A stretch of 64,000 nt of DNA from Minisyncoccota bacterium. GTDB taxonomy: Bacteria > Patescibacteriota > Minisyncoccia > Phycocordibacterales > UBA2100. Below are positions 17,782 to 27,934 of this stretch, piece by piece (the first letter of the stretch is position 1; each line of letters opens with the position of its first letter). The stretch spans positions 135,711 through 199,710 of the forward strand of contig JALHPE010000001.1 in NCBI GenBank assembly GCA_022842645.1, written 5' to 3'. The position numbers and the translations under genes were made by a program. The notes under the pieces are model-generated. The model was given only the letters and a program-made list of their open reading frames with translations, made no database searches and was not told the DNA's origin.

Positions 17782-19089
17782 TTAAAAAACGGGTACGACG
17801 ATAAAGACGATGTTCCCTTCATATGCGCCCGCCTCCTGTAGATTGCGCGCCTCAACTTTGTACACAATGTCAGTGCGTTTGTCGGTCGCGGGCCCTGCGT
17901 TATAGGCGATTTCTTTCGGGGTGTTCGTGAAGGCAGCATACGTATCGTTTGCAGCAAAACGCGTTGAGCCTCCGCCGAGCACATCTTCGCCAGCGTGGTA
18001 GCCGAAACATCCAGCGGCACCTCCACCGCATGCACTCGTCCACCCTGCCGGACTTTCATTTGTTGCGGCAACCGGATCAATTTCTGCACTTGGACTGAGG
18101 AGTCCTTGTCTTTGAAGTGCAAAAATCTTGTACCCTTGGCTCGCATTGGTGGAAACAGAAAGACGGTGCGCCGCTTCAACGGGAGTGCTCAGAAGGAGTG
18201 CCCCAAACGGCACGCCGGTTGCGGTTGTTTCAACATCAGTCGATATGCCCTCAGTTGATGTTGCCGCTGGCAAGCCATCGATTGAGAACGAGAGTTCAGC
18301 GCCACCAGTAGTGAGACTCGGATATGCTCCCGCAGAAACAAACGGTACCGTTGAACTACTTGCCACGTCAAAAAGTCGAAAGAAATACACAGTATTTCCA
18401 TTCGCACCCGATTCTTCAATCGTAAATTCATATTCAACGGTTGAACTTGCTGTGTGCGTTTCGGAACTCGTTGTGGTGCCAGACTCGTTGTGCGTACCAC
18501 ATCCATCACCCACACTTGCGACACAGGCATCGGCGTCTGAGATGAGTGCGCTTGGGATACGCGCCCCGTCGACGCCTCCCCCGCTTGCGTAACACCAGCT
18601 AGAAACACCCGTACAATCACCCGTTTCTGCGACGAATGTACCACCCGAAGAAAATGATGAAGAGGTTGCAAATTGGAGACGGAACTTTGCACCAGCGAGT
18701 CCGATGCCTGCCTGATCAACAACGGTGATGCGTAATTTAACGACACCCGTCACATTGGTTGGCGCTACACTCTCTCCTGCGAGCGGCGTCAGTGGCGTTA
18801 CATTTTCCGCGTCATCGTACCAGCGCCAGAGAGACGACTGCGGAACAAAGGTCTCAAAGAAAAGATATCCGGCGTTTAGAAGAAAATTGGTGCTCGTGGC
18901 TTCGGTCGTTGCAATGTCATTTCCACTTTGCAGTGTTTCAAAACTCGTGGATGTGCCCGTGCCCCCAAAATCATTTGCGGAAGGCGTACGGATCATAAAA
19001 TTATTGCTCGAGTAATCATCGGCAAACACAGGAGCCGCAAGCGCCAGAAGAAGCGCAATCGCGAGTCCTTGTTTAACCCTCAGTGTCAT
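17782..19089 (-). CDS. secreted T/S/G-rich surface protein with C-terminal WxL-like motif
   Basis: Signal peptide MTLRVKQGLAIALLLALAAPVFA. C-terminus ...QEAGAYEGNIVFIVVPVF parallels the 414-aa protein's terminus. Confidence 0.5.
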   Translation of the reverse strand: MTLRVKQGLAIALLLALAAPVFADDYSSNNFMIRTPSANDFGGTGTSTSFETLQSGNDIATTEATSTNFLLNAGYLFFETFVPQSSLWRWYDDAENVTPLTPLAGESVAPTNVTGVVKLRITVVDQAGIGLAGAKFRLQFATSSSFSSGGTFVAETGDCTGVSSWCYASGGGVDGARIPSALISDADACVASVGDGCGTHNESGTTTSSETHTASSTVEYEFTIEESGANGNTVYFFRLFDVASSSTVPFVSAGAYPSLTTGGAELSFSIDGLPAATSTEGISTDVETTATGVPFGALLLSTPVEAAHRLSVSTNASQGYKIFALQRQGLLSPSAEIDPVAATNESPAGWTSACGGGAAGCFGYHAGEDVLGGGSTRFAANDTYAAFTNTPKEIAYNAGPATDKRTDIVYKVEARNLQEAGAYEGNIVFIVVPVF

Positions 19090-19091
19090 AG

Positions 19092-19532
19092 TTACTGCGC
19101 AATCGGCGCAACCTCAAGGAGTCTATCGATGTTCGGGTCATAGAGATACGCCTTGCGTGCCTGTGCATAGATCAAGACGACGTCGCCCACTTTCGCGTTA
19201 GCAAAAAATGTTTGCTCGGCGAGTTTGGACGGATCAGAAACTGTCGCGATTGTTGGCTCTTCTCCCTCCGGGAGCACGATAAGCTTCCCCACACGCTCAA
19301 CTATTGAAAGCTCCTTTTCTGGCGTTTCTTCTCTCACTGCCGGGGCTTCTGATGCTGAGTCGTTTCGTACAACATACCAATAGATTGAAGCGCCGAGGAC
19401 AAGAAACACACAGACGCTAATGACTAATGTCGGATTACGCTTTCTCCGACGACGCGGAGGTGGTGGCATAGGCGGCATTGCCGGAGGTGCGGGTTCATTT
19501 TTTAAACTTACAATCAGTGGATCTCGTGCCAT
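19092..19532 (-). CDS. hypothetical Pro-rich, membrane-anchored protein (weak SAF/CpaB-like flavour)
   Basis: PAMPPMPPPPRRRRKR followed by a TM helix. C-terminal VGDVVLIYAQ region. Confidence 0.35.
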   Translation of the reverse strand: MARDPLIVSLKNEPAPPAMPPMPPPPRRRRKRNPTLVISVCVFLVLGASIYWYVVRNDSASEAPAVREETPEKELSIVERVGKLIVLPEGEEPTIATVSDPSKLAEQTFFANAKVGDVVLIYAQARKAYLYDPNIDRLLEVAPIAQ

Positions 19533-19551
19533 ATTAGTAGTGTCTCATATT

Positions 19552-22500
19552 CTATTCGGTGGGCGGGCTCGCCTCAGGAACTTCTGATTCGGGAGTTGGC
19601 GGTATATCTGCTGAAGGAGATGCTGAGACGGATGGAGCCTCGGGAGTTTCACTCGACGCTTCTCCACCTATCGGTGGATTCTCTCCCGCAGATGGTGGGG
19701 GAACAATCTCTTCAATGGGGCCGGTCATATCTTCTTCGCTCAGCGTCTCATACTCAGGAACATCCGTAATTTCCAAGAGCGAACGAACATCTTCTTTGGT
19801 AAGACACTGATCATCAATACAGATCTCATTCTTCGCTTTAACGGTGTCAACAAAGATCGCACCAATGCCGTTTGTTGCACTCGCAAACCACTCGGCAATA
19901 TGCGTCAGAATGGAGGCAATAAATGATTGTTCCCCTGTGCGCGGAGTTGTGCTTGCGGTCGAGGTTGCGATGGATGTTGCAACTCCGTCGGTTGAGGATG
20001 CGGAAGATGTGGCAAATTCAGTCGAAGCGATTCCAAACGCATTTTGAAGACGCACAGAGATTGCGTGCATGACACCATCAACGAAATCAAATTGCTCGGT
20101 ACTCGTCGCGATCACGCGTAAGCCCTCCATGTCGCCGAGAAGCGCGAGTCCCAAAGCATCAATCTCAATACCGCGCTGCAGATCAACAAAGAGCATCACT
20201 GTTGCTTCCTCCTGCGTGCCGTCGTATGCCGAAAGTGCGATACCCACAGTATCATCAAAGACATTTGCTTTGCGCCCGACACCCGCTTCAGACGAGAGTG
20301 CGATACGATCCCCCACTTCGATTACACCTCCTTCAAGATTTACTTTTGTCGGAATTCTTCCGGCGAGCGCAACAGGACGCTGACCAACTTGATCTTTTTC
20401 TCCGAGCACAATTCCTGGAGCTGTGGCGACAATGCCAACAAGTGGTCGCTTCACTTCTTCCAAAGCGCGCGTGACTACAAGTGGAGAAGATGTATCAAAC
20501 GCCACAATGTCTCCTGGTCCGATAGATGGATCGGTGACTGGATAATTCTCTGCAAGGTCGGCACCACTCGTAACTGTGGTGTACTCATAGATAACGACAC
20601 AACCGACGCCGCCCACAGTGCCTGTCCCATTACTCCCACCACCACCACCACCACACGCCCCCGCGGCCCCAGCAGCACCTGCCCCTACACCACCAGCACC
20701 ACCCACACCACCACGCGGAGCATCGCCTCCGGCGCCTCCAATACCAATTGCGGTGTCGCCATAACCACCTGAATCTCCGTTCATATTGAGATCCCCTCCA
20801 GAACCAATGCCCCCGGCACCCCCCGCTCCGTCAGCACCGTTTGCACGCACACCTCCGCCGCCACCAGTAGATGTTGCAGACCCGGCGAACGCTGATGTGC
20901 CGCCAGCACCACCGCTTGCAGAGGCGGTAACTGTGCCAGCTGCACCAATTTGAATGAATGGCGTTGTGGTGCCAGCAAGTTCGCTCACGGTAAATTGCTC
21001 CATCGCATAGCCACCAGATCCGCCACCGCCAGTACCATCGCCAGTACCATCGCCATCGCCACCGCCACCGCCACCGCCCCAAACCTCAACAACAATGTAC
21101 GACATGCCGTTTGGCTTCGTATACGCCTGACTTGTAGTAAATGTATTCACTGCAGTGAGTTTTACGACGGTGTCGGTGATACACGCTCCATTCACTGAAA
21201 AACATCCGCCTGTAATATTGATGCCATTTGCAAATGTTGAAGTGCCAGTTGTGATATTGAGCGCACGCCCTTCGATGCCACCCGCAAACGTTGACGTTGC
21301 ATTTGTTTCCCCACGAATCGTGGTGGTCGCTGTGCGTCCCACCGCAACAAAATCATTTGCCGAAAGTGCAGTTGTAGAAGCGCCTCCCCCAAATCGCTGC
21401 AAACCACTCCAGATGTTTGCATTCGCAAGATTTAACCCAAGCGTTGCGCTTGCAAGTTGCAGCGACGAGCCGACGGTAGTGGTCGCAAGTGCACCGGTGC
21501 CATTTCCAGTAAGAAGCGTGCCTGATTGGATATTCCCCCACCCCGTGCCGCCCCGAGAAACTCCGAGCATGCCGAGCCAATTCATCGCAAAGGTGTGCGC
21601 ATTACCAGCGGATGTGATGGTAATCCCAATGTTTGCATCACTTGATGAAGCAAATGTTTGCGTCGCCCCTGTTTGAGGTTGCCCCGGAGCGCCAAGCGAT
21701 GAAATGCCAGAGCCAGAGGCACCCGCATCGACTCCGCATGAAAATTGCCCCGTGAGGGAATTCCACAAAAGCTTATCCCCCGAAGTATCACATCCAAGAA
21801 GTCCTGCGCCGCGAAAGGCGTTGGTAAAGAGAAGTGACGACGTTGCATTTCGTGACGTGAAGTCCTGGAACGTCGAAGATGCAGTTACTAAAAGATTTGT
21901 TGTTGTTGCAGCAGAGAGTGTGGTATTGCCTGTCACATTCAACGCCCCTGCGACTACAACATTCCCTGCCGTATCAATGGTTGTTGTCGCCGTTTCTCCA
22001 AAATATGCGCGCCCTGCTGACAAAGCACTCGACGACGCAAGGGCAAAATTCTGACGCGCTGTCCAAGTGTTTGCGTTTCCCGTGTTGAGAGCGAGTGTGC
22101 CCCCGGAGAGTTGGAGCGATGAGCCGATGGTAGTGGTAGCAAGTGCTCCTGTTCCGTTTCCAGTAAGAAGCGTGCCTGATTGGATATTCCCCCACCCCGT
22201 GCCGCCATTTGCTACTTGTAGAATACCGTTCACATCGCTTGCGAGGTCAACAAGTGTCGCACTAATGGCTCCTGCCGTTGCACGAAGAATACCCGTAAGA
22301 TTGCCCACCGAAAGCGAGCCGAAAAATCCTTGTGTCGAAGACGCGTACGATGCAGAGATGTTTGTTGTAGAGGCGTTGCCGAATGTTTGGAGTGCAGTGA
22401 AGGTGTTGGCAGTGTAGGTCTTCGGAATGGTTGTTGATGATGAGACAAAGAAGTTGGCGCTGGTGGTGGAGAAGAAGTTGCGCTGCGTTTGCCAGTAGTC

Positions 22501-25500
22501 GTTGGAGGTGGTGGAGAACGCTAAGCCGAGGGATGCGAAGTTTGTTGCTGATGTGGTGGAGAAGCTGTTCGCGAGATAGAAACTTCCTTCTTGACCATCG
22601 AAGGTGCCGGACCAGTTGCCGGTCACGTCGAGATATGAAGCAGCGAGGGATGTGGTCGCATACACACGACCTGTTGCGTCAGTTGCAAGGAGTGCGGAAG
22701 GAAGATTGGTAATACCGAGGTTTGAGGTGGTGGCGCTCGTGAAGCGCGCATTTGTTGCAAAGAGATTCGTTGAGGTAGCGTTCGTTGAGGTGGAGAAGGT
22801 CGAGGAGAGTGCGGTGATGGAAGATGATGCGTTTGCGATGAGGCCGCCGTTGAATGAAAGGAGTGTGTTTGTTGCGTTTCCTGGGAAGAGGTAGCCGAAG
22901 GTTGCGTAGTCAGTGCCTGCGACTGCGAGTGAGACATTCCCCTGTCCATCAACGCGCAGGAGTCCGTTCTGAAGACCAGAGACGACGAGGTTTGTTGTGG
23001 AAGCGTAGGTGGTGGAGAAGAGTGTTGAGGAGGCGTTGCCGAAGGTTTGGAGTGCAGTGAAGGTGTTGGCAGTGTAGGTCTTCGGAATCGTTGTTGATGA
23101 TGAGACAAAGAAGTTGGCACTGGTTGTGGAGAAGAAGTTGCGCTGCGTTTGCCAGAAGTCGTTGGAGGTGGTGGAGAACGCAAGACCGAGAGATGAGAAA
23201 TGGAGTGCAGATGTGGTTGAAAAGATTCCCTGGATACCGAGCGTCGAGGTTCCCATGAGGGTATACGCACCGAGTCCGTCGCCGACGAGTAATTGCCCGT
23301 ATGTCGGCACAGTTGTAGTGCCAGTGCCGCCGCTCGTCACGCCGAGCTCACCAGTAAAAGGACCATATTCATAGACAACGACCGTGCCCGTGCCACCGGC
23401 ACCTCCCGTTGCACCGGTATCCACGTCTTCACAAGACGCGCCGCCGCCGCCGGCACCATACGCACCTGCCGTTGCTCCAGCTGTACATACGTTTCCACCG
23501 TCTTGTCCACCACGACCGCCGCCGCCCCAGTAACTGCTACCACCAAGACCTCCAAAGACGACTTCAGCGAGACAATCGCCAATATGTCCGTCGCCACCGC
23601 TCACATTAAGATCACCGGAGCTTGCGCTACCGCCGGTGCCTGCTGTACCCCAAGAACCAGCCGCACACGCTGCATTCACGGCAGAGCCGCCGCCGCCAAC
23701 ACCACCATTTGCAATTGCAAACGTACTAAAACGCGATTGCCCACCGGTGCCACCGGTTCCTCCCGTGTTTGATCCGGCAGTTCCCGCAGAACCCACTGAA
23801 ATTTGCACCGACGTTGTTGCGACAACGTCGACGACAACGATAGAGGATGCGCCCGCGCCACCGCCGCCACCAACTGTTTCGTTCGCGACGTCTGCAGCCG
23901 GAGCATCGGCACCGCCACCGCCACCGCCACCGCCGGTCACGACCACGTGCGCAATCGTGGCCCCTGGTGAGGGTGTATATGTTGTGACCCCGGGAGTCGT
24001 AAACGTTCGGATAGCAACCAAAACACCACTTCCTTCTCCCCCTCCCCCGCCCGCACCCAAACACACACCATTTACTGCGACGCAGCCCTGTCCTATATTG
24101 ATACCATTCGCAAACGTAGAAGTTGCCGACACCGATGTGACGTTCAATACCGAAGCTTGCAGTCCTCCTGCAAACGTTGATGTACCCGCACCAAGTACCG
24201 CGAGCAGCCCCGTCGTCGTCGCGCCTCCACTAATCGTGAGTCCTCCTGCTTGCGTACCCGAGCCAATGGTTGAGGATGCGTAGATGCCAAGACCAGTTGT
24301 GGTGGCATTGTTTGGGAAGAGGTATGCAAATGTTGGAAGTCCGAGTGAGGAAGTGGCAGTGAGTGTGTAGCCACCGGATGCGTTCCCGACAAGCATCTGA
24401 CCGAAGGTTGGCGCTGCGGTGAGTCCGGTGCCGCCGTAGAGGACACCGATGGACGTCGTCGCAGACACCACACCATTGCGTGCATCAAGTGGACCATTCA
24501 GTCCGGTGAGTGTGAGTGCGTTTGAGGTGAGGCCACCCGTGAATGATTGTGCGGCAGTGAAAGTATTAGCCGTATACGTCTTCGGAATCGTTGAAGACGA
24601 GTGGACGAAGTGTTGTGCGGAAGTTGTGGAGAAGAAGTATCCCTTATCGAGAGCATTGAGGAAGGTTTGGACACGGGAGTCGGTGTAGTAGAGGTTGGCT
24701 CCTTCTGCGACGTGGGTGGTCAGGAGTCCCAGTGTGGATGTGGAGAGTTGTTGCCAGCCAGTCCCTGCGTAATTCCCTAGGAGAATACCTGCTGCGGAGA
24801 TGCTTGAAAGACCGGTGCCACCACGATTCGCTGCGAGAGTACCAGCGGTGTCAGCGAGTGCGATACCAAGTGTTGAAGTTGCAAAGTCAGTCCACGTGGA
24901 ACCGTTCCACGCAAAGAGGTCCCCATAGTTCTCCGTCATTGCCGCGACATCGTTTAACTCTTCAATGCTGTTGTTAGTGAGATCGTCTGCGGTGCGTGCG
25001 GTTTGCTGGGTTTCCCAGTAGTCGACAGAAGTCGTGCTGAAGAAATTATTCACAGATTTCCAGTAATCACTGGATGTTGTTGAGAATGTAAGACCAAGAG
25101 ACGTGAAATGTGCGGCACTTGTCGTTGAGAAGAAGTTGTTGACCGATTTCCAGTAGTCGTTTGAAGTCGTGCTGAATGCGAGGCCGAGTGATGAGAAGTA
25201 TGAGGCGCTTGAAGTTGAGAAGAAGTTTCTTTGTGTCTGCCAGTAATCTGCAGACGTTGTCGAGAAGCCTGAAAGATTTGCTTGGGATATGTAGTAATCA
25301 GTGGATGTTGTTGAGAAAAAGTTGTTCACACTTTTCCAGTAATCGTTAGAGGTAGTGGAGAACGCGAGACCTTGCGAAGAAAAGAACGAGGCGGACGTGG
25401 TGGAAAAGGTACCCGTGATGCCGAGCGACGATGTCGCGACAAGATCGTAGCCACCGATCGCATTACCCAAAAGAAGCTGACCATATGTCGGTGCTGTTGA

Positions 25501-27543
25501 AATGCCGGTGCCGCCGTTTGAGATTCCCAAAATTCCTGTCACATCACTCCCGAGATTGACAAGTGTGCTCGTAATAGCCCCACCTGTCGCACGCAGAATG
25601 CCCGTGAGATTCCCAATTGAGAGCGAACCAAAAAAACCTTGCGTTGACGAAGCATAGCTTGTAGAAATTCTCGTCGCCGATGCATTTTCGAGCGTGAGTT
25701 TGTTGGTGAGTGCGAGCGCGTATGACGATGAGGCAAGCGTGATGGCCCCAGTTGATGTCGAGAAATCCCAGTACCCCGAGATGCCGCCCTGCGAACCGCC
25801 ATATTCTTCAAGGACGATCGCCGCGTCAATGTATTTAGGAAATACTAACACTGAAATTTGTCCTGTACCCGGACCATTCCAGTTCTCGAGCGCCTGCCCC
25901 AAGGTAAAACCTGAGCCCATAAGCTTCACACCAACACCCGCCGTTGTGCTCGCCGCAATGAAATCTCCGGCGCCAATAATGCCATTCGCATCACTCACTG
26001 TTGTTTCAATCACACCCGCAAAACCAACTACGTACGCATTCGGCACACCCTCCAAGTTGGCATTTGCCACAAATGCGGGGTTATCTGAAATAACACCGAT
26101 GAGCGATTGTCCCGCAACAGCACGCTGGTATTCACCGTCTGAATTGAGCGAAACCAGGTCGCCAACACTTGCCGACGAATTGAGCACCATATATTCGGCA
26201 AAGTCTGCAGCACCCGAAGTTTGTGTGATGCCAGTCCCCGCAGTTGAGAGACGGAGAGAGCCAACGCCGCGCCCGCCCGTATCAGCATTATCAGGAACAC
26301 CCGCAAAATACTCGATGAAGCGCGGGCATGTCGTGCCCGAAGTACATGTTGTTCCAAACGCCGTTCGAAGATTGAGGCGGAGCACGTTCGTGCCGGAACT
26401 GAGCGTCGGATTTGAATTTGAAACCGCGAGCACGGCCGTGCCCGTTGCACTCGTCGCCGCAGTTGTCGAACCAAGAATAGAAAATTGATATGAGGATGTA
26501 TCGAGTCCTACACGAAACGGACCCGCAAACGACGATGTTGCCGTTGAAGTGGCAATGATGTTACCCGTGAGAAAACGTCCTTGCGCGGTTGTTGAGGCAA
26601 GGTTTGCGCTTGTCGTTGCGGTTATGTCCCCAAAGAGTCCTGAGAGCGATGCGAGCGTAGAAGCAAAAAGGCTGGTGGTTGTTGCGTTGGTCGTGGTTGC
26701 ATTCGTTCCAATGATATTGGTGGCGGTGAGATTGGTGATCGTCGCCACAGCAGCAACAAGAGAATTGACAATTATGTTCGTGAAGCGTCCAAGTGTTGAA
26801 AAAAGCGTTGTCGATGTTGCATGTGTTGTTGTTGCTGCAGCAGCTGTCACTCCACCAGCGAGTGTCAAATTACCCTGCGCAGTAATTTTGTTTGCCGCAC
26901 TGAAAAATTGGATGTCCCCTGTTGCCTGCCCCCCACCCTGGAGCGTGAGGGCGTTTGTGGTCGTTGCGTTAATAAAAGGATTTGTGCCGCCAAGAATGAG
27001 ATTGCCGGACGCAAGAACTGGAATTTGATTCCCACTTGCATACTGTGCCGCCGAAAAACCACCGACCATTGAAGCATTAATGGCATAGCCCGAGGCGAGA
27101 ATGCGCTGACGTGGTGAGAATGTTTCGAACGATTCCGCGCCGTCCCCCGGAGCACAGGTCGCACCTACTTTCGTTGCTACTTCAACATTTAAATATGCGG
27201 CGTCGGTATCCTGAAAATTAAAATCGAGCACGTCGCCCCCGATATTCGTGTCGCCAATACCCACCGTGAACACACCGTTACGAACCGGCGCGGTCATCGT
27301 TGAGGGAGCGGAAGCAGGCCACAGTTTTGTACCAGAACCAACTGTGGGAACGTCATAGAAAGAAAACTTGAAACAATACTCGGTGCCCGTGCCTCCAAGA
27401 AGCGTCCCCCCACTCGAAAGAAGACGTCCCTGGTAATTGAGCATCCGCGGCACCCCAGGCGCCGCAAATACGGGAAGCACAGGAATTAGCACTCCAAGAA
27501 GGCAGAGGACGCCTACCCAATAACGCACGCATTTATTCAACAT
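19552..27543 (-). CDS. giant (about 2660 aa) secreted repeat-rich surface protein; start uncertain
   Basis: Single ORF. Signal peptide. Many GGTG-containing ~35-aa repeats. ~20-aa FSTTSxDYWxxxxNFF repeats. Two Gly-rich blocks each ending VVxYEY. C-terminal ~340-aa domain starting ADLAENYPV and an acidic Pro-rich tail. Confidence 0.8.
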   Translation of the reverse strand: MLNKCVRYWVGVLCLLGVLIPVLPVFAAPGVPRMLNYQGRLLSSGGTLLGGTGTEYCFKFSFYDVPTVGSGTKLWPASAPSTMTAPVRNGVFTVGIGDTNIGGDVLDFNFQDTDAAYLNVEVATKVGATCAPGDGAESFETFSPRQRILASGYAINASMVGGFSAAQYASGNQIPVLASGNLILGGTNPFINATTTNALTLQGGGQATGDIQFFSAANKITAQGNLTLAGGVTAAAATTTHATSTTLFSTLGRFTNIIVNSLVAAVATITNLTATNIIGTNATTTNATTTSLFASTLASLSGLFGDITATTSANLASTTAQGRFLTGNIIATSTATSSFAGPFRVGLDTSSYQFSILGSTTAATSATGTAVLAVSNSNPTLSSGTNVLRLNLRTAFGTTCTSGTTCPRFIEYFAGVPDNADTGGRGVGSLRLSTAGTGITQTSGAADFAEYMVLNSSASVGDLVSLNSDGEYQRAVAGQSLIGVISDNPAFVANANLEGVPNAYVVGFAGVIETTVSDANGIIGAGDFIAASTTAGVGVKLMGSGFTLGQALENWNGPGTGQISVLVFPKYIDAAIVLEEYGGSQGGISGYWDFSTSTGAITLASSSYALALTNKLTLENASATRISTSYASSTQGFFGSLSIGNLTGILRATGGAITSTLVNLGSDVTGILGISNGGTGISTAPTYGQLLLGNAIGGYDLVATSSLGITGTFSTTSASFFSSQGLAFSTTSNDYWKSVNNFFSTTSTDYYISQANLSGFSTTSADYWQTQRNFFSTSSASYFSSLGLAFSTTSNDYWKSVNNFFSTTSAAHFTSLGLTFSTTSSDYWKSVNNFFSTTSVDYWETQQTARTADDLTNNSIEELNDVAAMTENYGDLFAWNGSTWTDFATSTLGIALADTAGTLAANRGGTGLSSISAAGILLGNYAGTGWQQLSTSTLGLLTTHVAEGANLYYTDSRVQTFLNALDKGYFFSTTSAQHFVHSSSTIPKTYTANTFTAAQSFTGGLTSNALTLTGLNGPLDARNGVVSATTSIGVLYGGTGLTAAPTFGQMLVGNASGGYTLTATSSLGLPTFAYLFPNNATTTGLGIYASSTIGSGTQAGGLTISGGATTTGLLAVLGAGTSTFAGGLQASVLNVTSVSATSTFANGINIGQGCVAVNGVCLGAGGGGGEGSGVLVAIRTFTTPGVTTYTPSPGATIAHVVVTGGGGGGGGADAPAADVANETVGGGGGAGASSIVVVDVVATTSVQISVGSAGTAGSNTGGTGGTGGQSRFSTFAIANGGVGGGGSAVNAACAAGSWGTAGTGGSASSGDLNVSGGDGHIGDCLAEVVFGGLGGSSYWGGGGRGGQDGGNVCTAGATAGAYGAGGGGASCEDVDTGATGGAGGTGTVVVYEYGPFTGELGVTSGGTGTTTVPTYGQLLVGDGLGAYTLMGTSTLGIQGIFSTTSALHFSSLGLAFSTTSNDFWQTQRNFFSTTSANFFVSSSTTIPKTYTANTFTALQTFGNASSTLFSTTYASTTNLVVSGLQNGLLRVDGQGNVSLAVAGTDYATFGYLFPGNATNTLLSFNGGLIANASSSITALSSTFSTSTNATSTNLFATNARFTSATTSNLGITNLPSALLATDATGRVYATTSLAASYLDVTGNWSGTFDGQEGSFYLANSFSTTSATNFASLGLAFSTTSNDYWQTQRNFFSTTSANFFVSSSTTIPKTYTANTFTALQTFGNASTTNISASYASSTQGFFGSLSVGNLTGILRATAGAISATLVDLASDVNGILQVANGGTGWGNIQSGTLLTGNGTGALATTTIGSSLQLSGGTLALNTGNANTWTARQNFALASSSALSAGRAYFGETATTTIDTAGNVVVAGALNVTGNTTLSAATTTNLLVTASSTFQDFTSRNATSSLLFTNAFRGAGLLGCDTSGDKLLWNSLTGQFSCGVDAGASGSGISSLGAPGQPQTGATQTFASSSDANIGITITSAGNAHTFAMNWLGMLGVSRGGTGWGNIQSGTLLTGNGTGALATTTVGSSLQLASATLGLNLANANIWSGLQRFGGGASTTALSANDFVAVGRTATTTIRGETNATSTFAGGIEGRALNITTGTSTFANGINITGGCFSVNGACITDTVVKLTAVNTFTTSQAYTKPNGMSYIVVEVWGGGGGGGDGDGTGDGTGGGGSGGYAMEQFTVSELAGTTTPFIQIGAAGTVTASASGGAGGTSAFAGSATSTGGGGGVRANGADGAGGAGGIGSGGDLNMNGDSGGYGDTAIGIGGAGGDAPRGGVGGAGGVGAGAAGAAGACGGGGGGSNGTGTVGGVGCVVIYEYTTVTSGADLAENYPVTDPSIGPGDIVAFDTSSPLVVTRALEEVKRPLVGIVATAPGIVLGEKDQVGQRPVALAGRIPTKVNLEGGVIEVGDRIALSSEAGVGRKANVFDDTVGIALSAYDGTQEEATVMLFVDLQRGIEIDALGLALLGDMEGLRVIATSTEQFDFVDGVMHAISVRLQNAFGIASTEFATSSASSTDGVATSIATSTASTTPRTGEQSFIASILTHIAEWFASATNGIGAIFVDTVKAKNEICIDDQCLTKEDVRSLLEITDVPEYETLSEEDMTGPIEEIVPPPSAGENPPIGGEASSETPEAPSVSASPSADIPPTPESEVPEASPPTE

Positions 27544-27934
27544 AGCCCCTGTTCTGCACTTCTTGCAGATTGCGCGCACTGATACGATTGTCGAGGCTCA
27601 CCGCAAATACATACGCAAGCAATAGAATCACGACTACGAGGAGCACAACACATGTCCAGGCAACCCACGTATAGAGATTCACCAGCGACTCTGGGGTCGT
27701 GAGTACTTTTTTAAGCCGATCACTATATGATGGCTCTTCGGCTTTTTTGTCTTTGTTTTGCTGGTAGGCCTCAAGCGCCTCACGCGTCGTCATCCACGCA
27801 ACGTTTGAGTAGACCTGTTTGCCTTCCAATTTTCCTGCACGAATAAGCTGACCGATATAGTCGGCGCTGTAGCCTGTAATTTGCGCGGCCTCTTTGAGGT
27901 TTATGTATTCGTCCTGCTTCCCCATAGAACTCAT
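27533..27934 (-). CDS. membrane-anchored helix-turn-helix DNA-binding protein
   Basis: INLKEAAQITGYSADYIGQLIRAGKLEG is an HTH (MerR/excisionase-like). C-terminal TM VAWTCVVLLVVVILLLAYVFAV. 3' end overlaps the giant gene start by ~11 nt. Confidence 0.5.
   Translation of the reverse strand: MSSMGKQDEYINLKEAAQITGYSADYIGQLIRAGKLEGKQVYSNVAWMTTREALEAYQQNKDKKAEEPSYSDRLKKVLTTPESLVNLYTWVAWTCVVLLVVVILLLAYVFAVSLDNRISARNLQEVQNRGYVE

Noticed and set aside
20560-23960. Gly-rich tracts considered as collagen-like (G-X-Y) triple-helix repeats.
   Set aside because: Glycines are in runs (GGGGGG, GDGDGTGDG), not in strict triplet periodicity.
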